Virus record (IMG/VR): IMGVR_UViG_2537562091_000005
Source of the DNA: a virus
Taxonomy: Duplodnaviria; Heunggongvirae; Uroviricota; Caudoviricetes
Reading direction: 5' to 3' (one strand)
Length of the DNA: 14,915 nucleotides
The notes below the pieces were generated by a model that was not told where the DNA came from, did no database searches, and saw only the letters and a program-made list of their open reading frames with translations. This document shows positions 7,163 to 14,915 of this stretch, piece by piece (position 1 is the first letter of the stretch; every line of letters starts with the position of its first letter). Position numbers and translations under genes: made by a program.

Positions 7163-7545
7163 TGGGGCTTCGTGAAGAGATTCAGTCAGAGGTTGCCGCT
7201 GCTTTTGATGAGGATTTAGCGGACGCCGTGAGTGATTTTTCTGGTTCTTACGTTACGCACCGGCACTGGGATCCTGTGACGGAAACTGGCGGCGAATCCA
7301 CCGCAATCTATACCGGGCGAGGCGTGTTGACACGTTATAAGCTGGGCAGAATTGATGGGATTAATATTTTGCATGGTGACCTTAAATTAACCGCTCTGGT
7401 ATGCGAGGTTACGGATAAACCAGCTGTCGACCATATTATTGAGATTTATGATCCTGTATCAAGGCAGTTACAACGATACGAGGTAATTACAGCAAGTGTA
7501 GATCCTTCCGCATCAGTTTACTCTATCCAGTTAAGGAGAGCGTAA
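7162..7545 (+). CDS. Putative head-tail joining / head closure protein, 127 aa
   Basis: Start overlaps the upstream stop (TAATG) with a G-rich SD (AGGGGGGGA). Function assigned from position and size only. Confidence 0.45.
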   Translation: MGLREEIQSEVAAAFDEDLADAVSDFSGSYVTHRHWDPVTETGGESTAIYTGRGVLTRYKLGRIDGINILHGDLKLTALVCEVTDKPAVDHIIEIYDPVSRQLQRYEVITASVDPSASVYSIQLRRA

Positions 7546-7926
7546 ATGGCAAAGGCATGGGATATAGAACCGTCAATATTTGCCGGGATGATTGAGGAAG
7601 ATGTAGGGCTGAAGATTCGCTACATCGCTATTCAGATTCTTACTGCTATTGATATTGCTGCTCCGGTTGATACCGGACGTTTCAGAAATAACAACCTGGT
7701 GTCGTTACAGCATCCCGATTTTGGTATATCTGATAACGTGGATCCGAACGGTACGATTGCTGTTCAGCGTGGGATCGGGGTTATTTCGAAAGCTGCAAAT
7801 TACGGAGTTATTTATATCCAGAATAACCTTCCTTATGCAGAGACTCTTGAAAACGGTCATTCACAACAAGCGCCAACTGGCGTGTATGCCAACGCTTTTC
7901 ATGGTGTTTTACAGGCTTACAAATGA
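7546..7926 (+). CDS. HK97 gp10-like neck / tail-completion protein, 126 aa
   Basis: Contains PVDTGRFRNN and LPYAETLENG, resembling the gp10-family signature (DTG..R ... YA..vE.G) from memory. Starts immediately after the upstream stop. Confidence 0.6.
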   Translation: MAKAWDIEPSIFAGMIEEDVGLKIRYIAIQILTAIDIAAPVDTGRFRNNNLVSLQHPDFGISDNVDPNGTIAVQRGIGVISKAANYGVIYIQNNLPYAETLENGHSQQAPTGVYANAFHGVLQAYK

Positions 7927-8360
7927 CGTTTACTGAAATCAGAAATACGGTTATTTCCAGAATGACGGCACAGACGATTATTGATGGAAAAGACGTATTG
8001 TATCCGAACGCGCCAACGTTCGATCCTTCCGGTAAGTTAATCTGGGCGCGGTTAAGTAATATTCCCGGGCAGGCTGGAGTTAATGAAATTGGCGCGGGGC
8101 CGATTGTTTATCGCACGGGGATAATCATTATTCAGTTATTTGTCCCCGCAGGTTCTGGTTCAAAACTCATTACTGAGACAGCCGATAAATTGCGGGAACT
8201 GTTTGAGTTTCAGGATGACGATCGTCTCAGTTACCAGGCTGTTTCCTCAACCAGCCAGACTACTGCGGACAGAATAACAGCACATAATTTACGCATAATT
8301 ACCTCTCGCTTTTCTGCAATAAAAAAGGCGCCATTTCTGGCGCCCGTATCTGGGTTATAA
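7923..8360 (+). CDS. Putative tail terminator / neck protein, 145 aa; 3' end runs through an opposite-strand terminator (possibly chimeric C-terminus)
   Basis: ATGA overlap with the upstream gene. The last ~15 codons (…SAIKKAPFLAPVSGL) are encoded by the hairpin that serves as terminator of the convergent J fragment, so the C-terminus may derive from a rearrangement joint. Confidence 0.45.
   Translation: MTFTEIRNTVISRMTAQTIIDGKDVLYPNAPTFDPSGKLIWARLSNIPGQAGVNEIGAGPIVYRTGIIIIQLFVPAGSGSKLITETADKLRELFEFQDDDRLSYQAVSSTSQTTADRITAHNLRIITSRFSAIKKAPFLAPVSGL
8320..8344 (-). terminator. Intrinsic terminator for the minus-strand J fragment
   Basis: On the minus strand: GGCGCCA, GAAA loop, TGGCGCC, then TTTTTTATT, beginning about 20 nt past the J stop (stem at plus 8327..8333 and 8338..8344; A-run 8321..8326). 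Confidence 0.6.
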
Positions 8361-8363
8361 AAT

Positions 8364-10925
8364 TCAGCTAATCGTGATGCCTGCAGTGGCTTTCTTCATC
8401 ACAACAACCAGCAAATCGCTGATACTTGCTGTGGGATACCAACCATTTACCCACCATGCTGATACAGAAAACTCCAGTGTCATTACGCCACTGCCTGCTG
8501 GCATATCAATAACACCCGTGTAAATCAGAGTATTATCCAGAGCCGTTCGGTTATAAATTTCAGCCCCGTTTTTCTTCACTATCAGGCGGCATGACGAATA
8601 AGTATCGCTATTCTCCCGCTCATGTCTGGCACCGCTGAAAGCCACCGCTGGAATAACAATTTGCCGGTCAAACGGCTGATCGTCATAAACCCTGACGGTA
8701 ATGGTCCCTGATGGCCACCGCTCCGGTGCACGGGAGTCCCGGGGGAAAGCTTTGCCCACTGTTTTAACGAGATCGCCTTCAATCTGGTTCGCGGACAGTT
8801 TTCCCAGAACCCGACAGTTCTCGTTAATCGTGACGTTGTTGAGCGTCCCGGAGTTCGCATTCACGCTACCGCTGATATCGGCATTTTTCGCCGTCAGCCG
8901 CCCGTCCGGTGTCAGGGAAAATGCCGGAGGATTACCGCCGCTGGTAATGGTCGGAGCCGTCAGGCGTTTCAGGAACACGTCGTTCATGAATATCTGATCG
9001 CCCTGACCAACAAACATTGGTCTTGTGTTGCCATTAGACGGATCAATAAACGCGATACGGTTAGCGGCAACCAGGAACTGGCTCAGTTTGCCTTCCTCCG
9101 TATCCTCCATGCTGAGGCCAAGCCCCGCGACATAATGCCTGCCGTCTTCGGTCTGCTCAATTTTGACGCCCCACATGGCATTCCATTTATCGTTGGCGTC
9201 TTTCCACTCTTTCGAAAACTCCTCCAGTTTGCTGGCGTTATCCTCCGTCAGCTCGACTTTTTCCAGCAGCTCATTGCCGAGATGGGATTCGGTTATCTGG
9301 CCTTTGAAAAAATCCAGGTAACCTTCCGCATCATCGCTCGCCCGACCAACAGCCTCCACGAATGCCGATTTGCCGACGGTGTTCACACTGCGGATATAAA
9401 AGTAATAATCACGGCCCGGTTTGATATTGGTACTGGCGGCTATCCAGTACAGCGCCGTGCCAAGATAGCGGGCTGTGGTTTCAACCTGTCTGATATCAGC
9501 AACCCGCTTTTCCGAGAACCAGAACTCAAACTGTACCGTCGGATCATAAACGGCAAGATACGGCGTGGCGGTTATCTGAAAATAGCCCGGCGTCAGCTCA
9601 ATCCGCGACGGTGCTGCCGGTGCGGCAATCCGGAACGATACCGATGCCGGATCGCCCTGCTGTCCCCACGCATTTGCCGCCCGGACTGTCAGCCTGTAGT
9701 TCCCCAGCGCCAGCTGCCTGAAGCGGTATGTGTTTTCCGTCGTCCTGGCCGTGCTGACCAGCCGCTCACTGCCGTCGTCCGCTGCCACGGTCAGGCGAAG
9801 CATAAAGCTCACCCCCTTCACCACCTTCGGCGTGTCCCAGCGCGCCAGCACCTGATATTCCCCGCTGTCTGCGGTGACTTCGGCAGTCAGGTGCTGCACT
9901 GCTGGCGGCGTGACACCATTCACCGTGCCGCTCTGGTCGCCGTCAAAGTGCGCCCCGTTATCCACGATGGCTTCTTTTTCCGGTACATGCTGCACGGCGG
10001 TGATGGCATACGTGCCGTCGTCGTTCTCACGGATACTCACGCAGCGGAACAGGCGCTGGCGCAGCGTCGGCAGCTTCAGCCCCCACACGCTGTATCCGGC
10101 AACGCCGTCAGGAACACGACTCACTTTTACCTTCACGCCGTCGGTGACGGACTGGACCTCCACGCTGACCGGATTGCCACTTCCGTCAACCAGGCTTATC
10201 AGCGTGGTACCGGAGGATGGCAGCGTGATTTCACGGTCGAGCGTCAGCGTCCGGGTCTGGCTGTTCACCGCCAGCACGCGCCCGCCGATGCTGATACCCG
10301 CATAGTCATCATCGCAGATTTCAATGACATCCCCCGGTACATGGCGAAGCCCTTCTGCGCCCACGCTGAAGTCCACGGTCTGCGTTTCCAGCAGCTCCGT
10401 TTTAATCAGCCACAGCCCGGCGCGGTGTGCCTGCCCCCGACTGGTACAGCCAAAGGCATCCATCTTCGTGACGTTACGGCCGTAACGGGCAATGGCCTGC
10501 GTATCCTCCACGAGCTCTGTCGCCGTCTCCCAGCCGTTATCCGGGTCAATCCAGTTCACCTCAACGGCATTATGGCGGTCCTTCAGGGCGCTGAAGCTGT
10601 AGCGGAACGGCGCGCCATCATCCGGCATCACCACATTACTGCGGTTATAGGTCCACACCTTATCCGACGGTCGGTCCTGCACGAACGTCAGCGTCTGCCC
10701 GTTCCATACCGGCATACAGCGCATCGCCGAGCAGAAATCACTGAGCACATCCCACGCCTTGCGCTGTGTGGTCAGCCAGGCATTACAGGTAATGCGCGGC
10801 TCCGTGCCGCCAAAGCCGTCCGGCACTGACTGGTCGCAGTACTGGCCGATGACATACAGCGCCCATTTGTCCACATCCGCCGCACCAAGACGTTTCCCCA
10901 TGCCGTAGCGCGGGTGGGTCAGCAT
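8364..10925 (-). pseudogene. Lambda J-like host-specificity / tail-tip protein, N-terminally truncated and inverted relative to lom and stf
   Basis: From [50 protein letters not shown]... to the C-terminus the translation closely matches lambda gpJ as I recall it, including FN3-like repeats and the C-terminal receptor-binding region. About 280 N-terminal residues of a ~1130-aa J are absent. The ORF-track extension to 11030 (GTG start, 35 non-J codons) is antisense to lom and has no SD. Confidence 0.8.
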
Positions 10926-11171
10926 ATGGCTTACAGCCGAGTGTCGACCTTCTCCGGGGATTATCTCCGCGTAACTGACAACAAGGGGAAAACGCACGAT
11001 GTGCTGACCGGAAGTGATGACGGTCGCCACAGCAATACGTCTCTGGCGTGGGGGGCTGGCGTGCAGTTTAACCCGACCGAATCCGTGGCCATTGATATTG
11101 CTTATGAAGGCTCCGGCAGTGGTGACTGGCGCACTGACGGTTTCATCGTGGGTGTCGGTTATAAATTCTGA
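10926..11171 (+). pseudogene. lom (Ail/Lom family outer-membrane protein) 3' fragment, last ~81 codons only
   Basis: C-terminus ...[43 protein letters not shown] matches the Lom/Ail beta-barrel C-terminus with terminal Phe. The signal peptide and N-terminal two-thirds are missing. Confidence 0.8.
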
Positions 11172-11197
11172 TTAGCCAGGTAACACAGTGTTATGAC

Positions 11198-11226
11198 AGC
11201 CCGCCGGTTCAGGCGGGCTTTTTTGT
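11198..11226 (+). terminator. Intrinsic terminator downstream of the lom fragment
   Basis: AGCCCGCC (11198..11205), GGTTCA loop, GGCGGGCT (11212..11219), then TTTTTTG. Confidence 0.65.
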
Positions 11227-11235
11227 GGAGTGGAT

Positions 11236-13587
11236 ATGGCAGCAGTAAAAATCTCAGGTGTGCTGAAAGATGGTGCGGGAAAACCAATACAGAACTGCAC
11301 TATTCAACTGAAGGCAAAGCGTAACAGCACCACGGTACTGGTGAACACGGTGGCCTCTGAAAATCCGGATGAAGCCGGGCGTTACAGCATGGATGTTGAG
11401 TATGGCCAGTACAGTGTCATCCTGCTGGTTGAAGGTTTTCCGCCTTCACATGCCGGGACCATTACCGTCTATGAAGGTTCCAGACCAGGTACGCTGAATG
11501 ATTTTCTTGGTGCCATGACGGAGGATGATGCCCGTCCGGAGGCACTGCGCCGTTTTGAACTGATGGTGGAAGAAGCAGCACGCAACGCTGAAGCCGCCTC
11601 TCAGAGCGCAGCGGCGGCAAAGAAATCCGAAACTGCAGCGGCATCATCGAAGAACGCGGCGAAAACCTCAGAAACGAATGCAGCTAATAGTGCACAGGCG
11701 GCAGCGACCTCACAGACTGCATCAGCAAACTCCGCGACAGCAGCCAAAAAATCAGAAACCAACGCGAAAAACAGCGAGACAGCCGCAAAGACGAGCGAAA
11801 CCAACGCAAAGTCCAGCCAGACGGCAGCGAAAACCAGCGAAACGAATGCCAAAGCCAGTGAAACTGCGGCAAAAAACAGCCAGGTTGCGGCAGCCGGTTC
11901 TGCGACTTCAGCAGCTGGATCAGCAACTGCTGCGGCTAACAGCCAGAAAGCTGCGAAGACGAGTGAAACTAACGCAAAGTCCAGCCAGACGGCAGCGAAG
12001 ACCAGCGAAACGAATGCCAAAGCCAGCGAAACTGCGGCGAAAAACAGCCAGGATGCAGCAGCCCAAAGCGAGAGTGCCGCAGCTGGTTCTGCAAGTGCGG
12101 CGGCTTCTTCTGCCACTGCATCAGCCAACAGTCAAAAAGCAGCAAAAACCAGTGAAACCAACACAAAGGCGAGCGAGACTGCGGCGACTAACTCGGCGAA
12201 AGCATCCGCTGCAAGCCAGATGGCTGCAAAAGCAAGTGAAGACGCAGCCAGAGAGTATGCAAGCCAGGCAGCAGAGCCGTATAAATATGTCTTACAGCCA
12301 CTGCCTGATGTGTGGATACCGTTTAATGACTCGATGGATATGATTACAGGATTTGGCCCGGGATATAAAAAAATAACAGTGCGCGATGATGTGGTCACTA
12401 TACCATCCGACAAAATTGTCCCGTTTTCCCGCGCGAGTTCCGCGACCTATATCAATAAGTCCGGCGCTCTTACCATTGCAGAAATTAATGAGCCACGTTT
12501 TGAAAAAGAAGGGCTGTTAATTGAAGGGCAGAGAACAAATTACTTCACAAACTCAAACGCTCCGGAATTGTGGAATAAAAATCCAGGCCTGAAGATAAGC
12601 GAGACAAAAACCGATTCCAGGGGTTTTAAATATGCAACGTTTACCCCAGAAAAATATTTAGATAGTTCTGGCTCATATGGAATTATATCAGGGGCAGCAG
12701 CAAATAAGATAGCGGTAGTCAAAAATGATGCAGTTACAATATCCTTTAGAGCAAAAGGGGATAATGTAAGATTTGCGGCTAGATTTGATAAAGGGGATTC
12801 GCCAGTTGCTGTAGCTGCCATTTTTATTGATAGCGCCACACTAGATACATTCACGTCTGGAGCAGATGCGTCTAATATTGCTGTGAAAAATGTTGTTCGT
12901 GACGGTGAGTGGGTTGCTGTAGAGGCTGTTTATAAAGTAACAGACGACTCTACATATATTAACGGCGCCATTCTGATGTCAAACAAACTGGGTGCTAATT
13001 TTGATAAGACTAGTTTTATGGATGTAACCACCCCTCAAATAGAGCTAGGTTCTTGCTTATCATCATTTATTGTCACTCCAGGTGTTCCTGCGACAAGGGC
13101 GAGTGATATGGTTATTTTTTCAACCAGAAATAACATAAGTTCTGTCCCTTTAAGCTGTCTTGTTGAAATACATAAAAATTGGGACTCTACGCCAAATCAG
13201 GCCCCACGAATTTTAACCACTATTGGCGTGGCGACTAATGATGAACAACTGGTATTGGCTTTCAGGACGCCTACAAGTCCGGATGTAGAACCTTTACCTT
13301 ATGTTCAGTTTGGAGTGAGATCTGCATATCTTAGTCCATCTGTGAAGGCCGGGCGCAAAATGATTGCTGGTTTTGTCTGTAATAGCTCGACTGAATTTCG
13401 TTGCTGTTGTAATGGTTACCTGTCACCTGTTCAGACTTCGTCATGGAAGAATACCGGAGCTGCACATGAAATACGTATTGGGGGAACTTCTGCTGGAGGA
13501 GAACGTCACTTGTTTGGTCACGTTCGTAACCTGAGAATATGGCATAAAGAATTAACTGATGCGCAAATGGGGGAGAGTATTAAATGA
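11236..13587 (+). CDS. Side tail fibre protein, mosaic: lambda-Stf-like N-terminus, Ala/Ser/Thr tandem-repeat shaft, divergent C-terminal region with possible lectin-like (LamG/concanavalin-type) end
   Basis: ATG 11236 with GGAG 5 nt upstream (ORF track starts at in-frame GTG 11230). The N-terminal ~115 aa (MAAVKISGVLKDGAGKPIQNCTIQLKAKRNSTTVLVNTV...) match the lambda Stf N-terminus from memory. Residues ~120-330 are KTSETNAK-type repeats. The C-terminal ~450 aa are low-GC and end ...GERHLFGHVRNLRIWHKELTDAQMGESIK, reminiscent of LamG-like domain termini; no His-rich GxHxH motifs. Confidence 0.8.
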   Translation: MAAVKISGVLKDGAGKPIQNCTIQLKAKRNSTTVLVNTVASENPDEAGRYSMDVEYGQYSVILLVEGFPPSHAGTITVYEGSRPGTLNDFLGAMTEDDARPEALRRFELMVEEAARNAEAASQSAAAAKKSETAAASSKNAAKTSETNAANSAQAAATSQTASANSATAAKKSETNAKNSETAAKTSETNAKSSQTAAKTSETNAKASETAAKNSQVAAAGSATSAAGSATAAANSQKAAKTSETNAKSSQTAAKTSETNAKASETAAKNSQDAAAQSESAAAGSASAAASSATASANSQKAAKTSETNTKASETAATNSAKASAASQMAAKASEDAAREYASQAAEPYKYVLQPLPDVWIPFNDSMDMITGFGPGYKKITVRDDVVTIPSDKIVPFSRASSATYINKSGALTIAEINEPRFEKEGLLIEGQRTNYFTNSNAPELWNKNPGLKISETKTDSRGFKYATFTPEKYLDSSGSYGIISGAAANKIAVVKNDAVTISFRAKGDNVRFAARFDKGDSPVAVAAIFIDSATLDTFTSGADASNIAVKNVVRDGEWVAVEAVYKVTDDSTYINGAILMSNKLGANFDKTSFMDVTTPQIELGSCLSSFIVTPGVPATRASDMVIFSTRNNISSVPLSCLVEIHKNWDSTPNQAPRILTTIGVATNDEQLVLAFRTPTSPDVEPLPYVQFGVRSAYLSPSVKAGRKMIAGFVCNSSTEFRCCCNGYLSPVQTSSWKNTGAAHEIRIGGTSAGGERHLFGHVRNLRIWHKELTDAQMGESIK
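11590..12240 (+). repeat. In-frame tandem repeats inside stf (11-aa sub-repeats; about 100-nt near-identical copies at a 168-nt period)
   Basis: The peptide AAKTSETNAKSSQTAAKTSETNAKASETAAKNSQ occurs twice, 56 codons apart (about 11786..11885 and 11954..12053). The two copies differ by six synonymous transitions. A third partial copy follows (KAAKTSETNTKASETAA). Confidence 0.75.
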
Positions 13588-13865
13588 AAGATTTAACACT
13601 CAAATTTGCAGACAGGGCCGACTTTTCGGCCTTTATGGAGAGCATTGGCTATTATGATGACGAGTCGATGCAGGATGATATTCTTATTGACGTGATAGGT
13701 AACGTGTACAAAGAAACCGGAGAACTGACTGAAGATGGCGAACCGGTATGTGTTAAGGAAGACGGATATTTTGTAAACGTGCGCATCATTAATGATTCGC
13801 AAATATCGTCATTATTCGATGAATACGTGGTTGCTGTTGAGCATCAACTTCGTGGCTGGATGTGA
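13584..13865 (+). CDS. Small acidic hypothetical protein, 93 aa (possible fibre assembly/accessory factor by position)
   Basis: ATGA start-stop overlap with stf and SD GGGGGAGAG upstream. Acidic composition (MKDLTLKFADRADFSAFMESIGYYDDESMQDDILIDVIGNVYKETGELTEDGEPV...). No similarity to lambda Tfa that I can recognise. Confidence 0.55.
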   Translation: MKDLTLKFADRADFSAFMESIGYYDDESMQDDILIDVIGNVYKETGELTEDGEPVCVKEDGYFVNVRIINDSQISSLFDEYVVAVEHQLRGWM

Positions 13866-13874
13866 GGAAGAAAA

Positions 13875-14915
13875 ATGGCTACATCGACAGTAATTCCTGA
13901 TGACATCAAAACGCTAAAATCCGACGTTAGCAAATTAAAAAACGATCAAGGAAGCTACGCAACAAAATTATATGTAGACAGCAAAGATGAAATCGTTGGT
14001 GACTGGTCTGCTTCATGGTATCAGCAGGTATTGCCAACTAGCGGAGCTATATTTGGGAGAAAACTCCGCTCAACTCACAGGACGGCAGGTGTTGAGGATG
14101 CGTATTGCGAACTATACCTCAAAAAATGGATAGACAGTCCAGGTAACGCAATGGCGCGCCTTAACCTGAACGATAACGGGACAAACATTTGCTGGGACTT
14201 TACCAACCTTTATGGCGGTACGATGATTTTTCCCGGTGACAGCGGATACCTCAAAATGGGTAACTGCCTTATGTCATACAGCAAGCGTGGAAGTAACGCG
14301 CTTATTAAATTTGATTACACCGACACATTACAGATCAAATATGCCAATCATGGGTCAACCATGACATTAAACACACAGGGAACCGCTTATGCTGGTGTTA
14401 CTGCTCAATTGTGGGGCAACACCAGCCGTCCTGTTGTTTATGAAGTCGGTGTTGATGGTGGCGCTTATATGTTCTATGCGCAGAAAAATACCGATAACAC
14501 CTATATGTTAAGCGTTAATGGTGCATGTCATGCCACCGCATTTAACCAGCATTCCGACCGGGATCTGAAAGACAACATTCAGGTGATCGATAATGCAACC
14601 GACCGCATCCGTAAAATGAACGGCTATACATACACGCTTAAAGAAAACGGTATGCCCTATGCTGGTGTCATTGCACAGGAAGCTCTGGAAGCAATCCCAG
14701 AAGTTGTAGGTTCCGCAATGAAATATCAGGACGGTGCAAGCGGATCGGAAGGTGAAGAAGGTGAACGTTATTACACAGTAGATTATTCTGGTGTTACTGG
14801 CTTGCTTGTTCAGGTAGCCAGAGAGTCAGACGACAGAATAACAGCACTGGAAGAAGAAAACGCAGAATTAAGACAAAGATTATCTGCAATTGAGGCGGCG
14901 CTTGCGTCTAAATAA
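13875..14915 (+). CDS. Short tail fibre/tip protein with C-terminal S74-type intramolecular chaperone (autoproteolytic) domain, 346 aa
   Basis: C-terminal ~120 aa (HSDRDLKDNIQVIDNATDRIRKMNGYTYTLKENGMPYAGVIAQEALEAIPEVVGSA...VDYSGVTGLLVQVARESDDRITALEEENAELRQRLSAIEAAL) match the Peptidase_S74 chaperone signature (Ser-x4-Lys dyad, NI..I, GxIAQE, coiled-coil tail). Predicted self-cleavage at Ser227 (codon 14553..14555). SD GAGGAAG upstream of the ATG. Confidence 0.75.
   Translation: MATSTVIPDDIKTLKSDVSKLKNDQGSYATKLYVDSKDEIVGDWSASWYQQVLPTSGAIFGRKLRSTHRTAGVEDAYCELYLKKWIDSPGNAMARLNLNDNGTNICWDFTNLYGGTMIFPGDSGYLKMGNCLMSYSKRGSNALIKFDYTDTLQIKYANHGSTMTLNTQGTAYAGVTAQLWGNTSRPVVYEVGVDGGAYMFYAQKNTDNTYMLSVNGACHATAFNQHSDRDLKDNIQVIDNATDRIRKMNGYTYTLKENGMPYAGVIAQEALEAIPEVVGSAMKYQDGASGSEGEEGERYYTVDYSGVTGLLVQVARESDDRITALEEENAELRQRLSAIEAALASK

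Noticed and set aside
3622-7936. Internal alternative-frame ORFs (3622..3837 in trkG, 4798..5004 and 4964..5392 antisense to ParB, 5676..5987 in capsid, 7649..7936 in the gp10-like gene, 13593..13802 antisense to the acidic ORF)
   Set aside because: Each is embedded in a better-supported gene, lacks an SD, and has a hydrophobic or low-complexity translation typical of off-frame reads.
9135-10829. 564-aa plus-strand ORF, with shorter ORFs at 8582..8860 (-), 8701..8997 (+) and 9874..10305 (+)
   Set aside because: All lie in alternative frames of or antisense to the J-like coding region; they are Arg/Pro-rich and low-complexity, as expected for open frames across GC-rich coding DNA, with no independent start signals.
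10923-10928. CATATG (NdeI) at the J/lom joint, and another at the start codon of the 58-aa ORF (6584..6589), as evidence of an engineered construct
   Set aside because: CATATG occurs about four times in the window, close to random expectation, and the other copies lie in ordinary coding context; microhomology-mediated rearrangement is the simpler explanation, though engineering is not strictly excluded.
10926-11171. IS element interrupting lom, as in K-12 Rac where lomR is split by IS5
   Set aside because: No transposase-like ORF or terminal inverted repeats are present; lom is truncated by the J joint, not by an insertion.
11462-12854. Multiple minus- and plus-strand ORFs overlapping stf (11462..11647, 11601..12128, 11678..12343, 11684..11926, 11969..12166, 12132..12413, 12540..12854)
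   Set aside because: Artefacts of the Ala/Ser/Thr codon repeats, which stay open in several frames; translations are low-complexity (poly-Ala/Leu/Phe or Arg/Gln-rich) and the real fibre frame explains the region.
11236-13587. Diversity-generating retroelement targeting the fibre C-terminus
   Set aside because: No reverse transcriptase or Avd-like gene in the window; the only near-identical repeats are in the shaft and differ by synonymous transitions, not adenine-specific substitutions.
1-14915. tRNA, rRNA, CRISPR array or attachment-site core
   Set aside because: No cloverleaf-like or rRNA-like sequence and no regularly spaced direct repeats were seen; the att site for this integrase would lie beyond the left edge of the window (3' of int).

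Overview
This window reads as a heavily decayed Rac-like lambdoid prophage of the E. coli type, recognised from memory of protein families and not checked by any search. Left to right: (1) intR, xisR and a ydaC-like gene on the minus strand; (2) a ydaW-like gene whose 3' end is fused out of frame to an N-truncated Rz spanin pseudogene (rzpR) that still carries an intact nested Rz1 lipoprotein gene (rzoR), with a set of 19-bp perfect palindromes in and just upstream of the ydaW-like ORF; (3) the AT-rich potassium-transporter moron trkG; (4) an orphan ParB-like nuclease gene followed by a 28-codon gene stub; (5) a head-completion cassette (P22-coat-like capsid ORF with a damaged 5' end, a 58-codon ORF, four coupled head-tail connector/neck genes) with no terminase, portal, protease or tail-tube genes; (6) an inverted, N-truncated lambda-J-like tail-tip gene joined back-to-back to a 3' fragment of lom; (7) a side-tail-fibre locus where a lambda-Stf-like N-terminus and Ala/Ser/Thr tandem repeats are joined to a low-GC, different C-terminal region, followed by a small acidic ORF and a short fibre protein with a C-terminal S74-type autoproteolytic chaperone domain. 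I found no rRNA, tRNA, CRISPR array or transposase. The most interesting candidates are the swapped tail-fibre distal module, the palindrome array, and the J/lom rearrangement joint; none amounts to a demonstrated new system from sequence alone.
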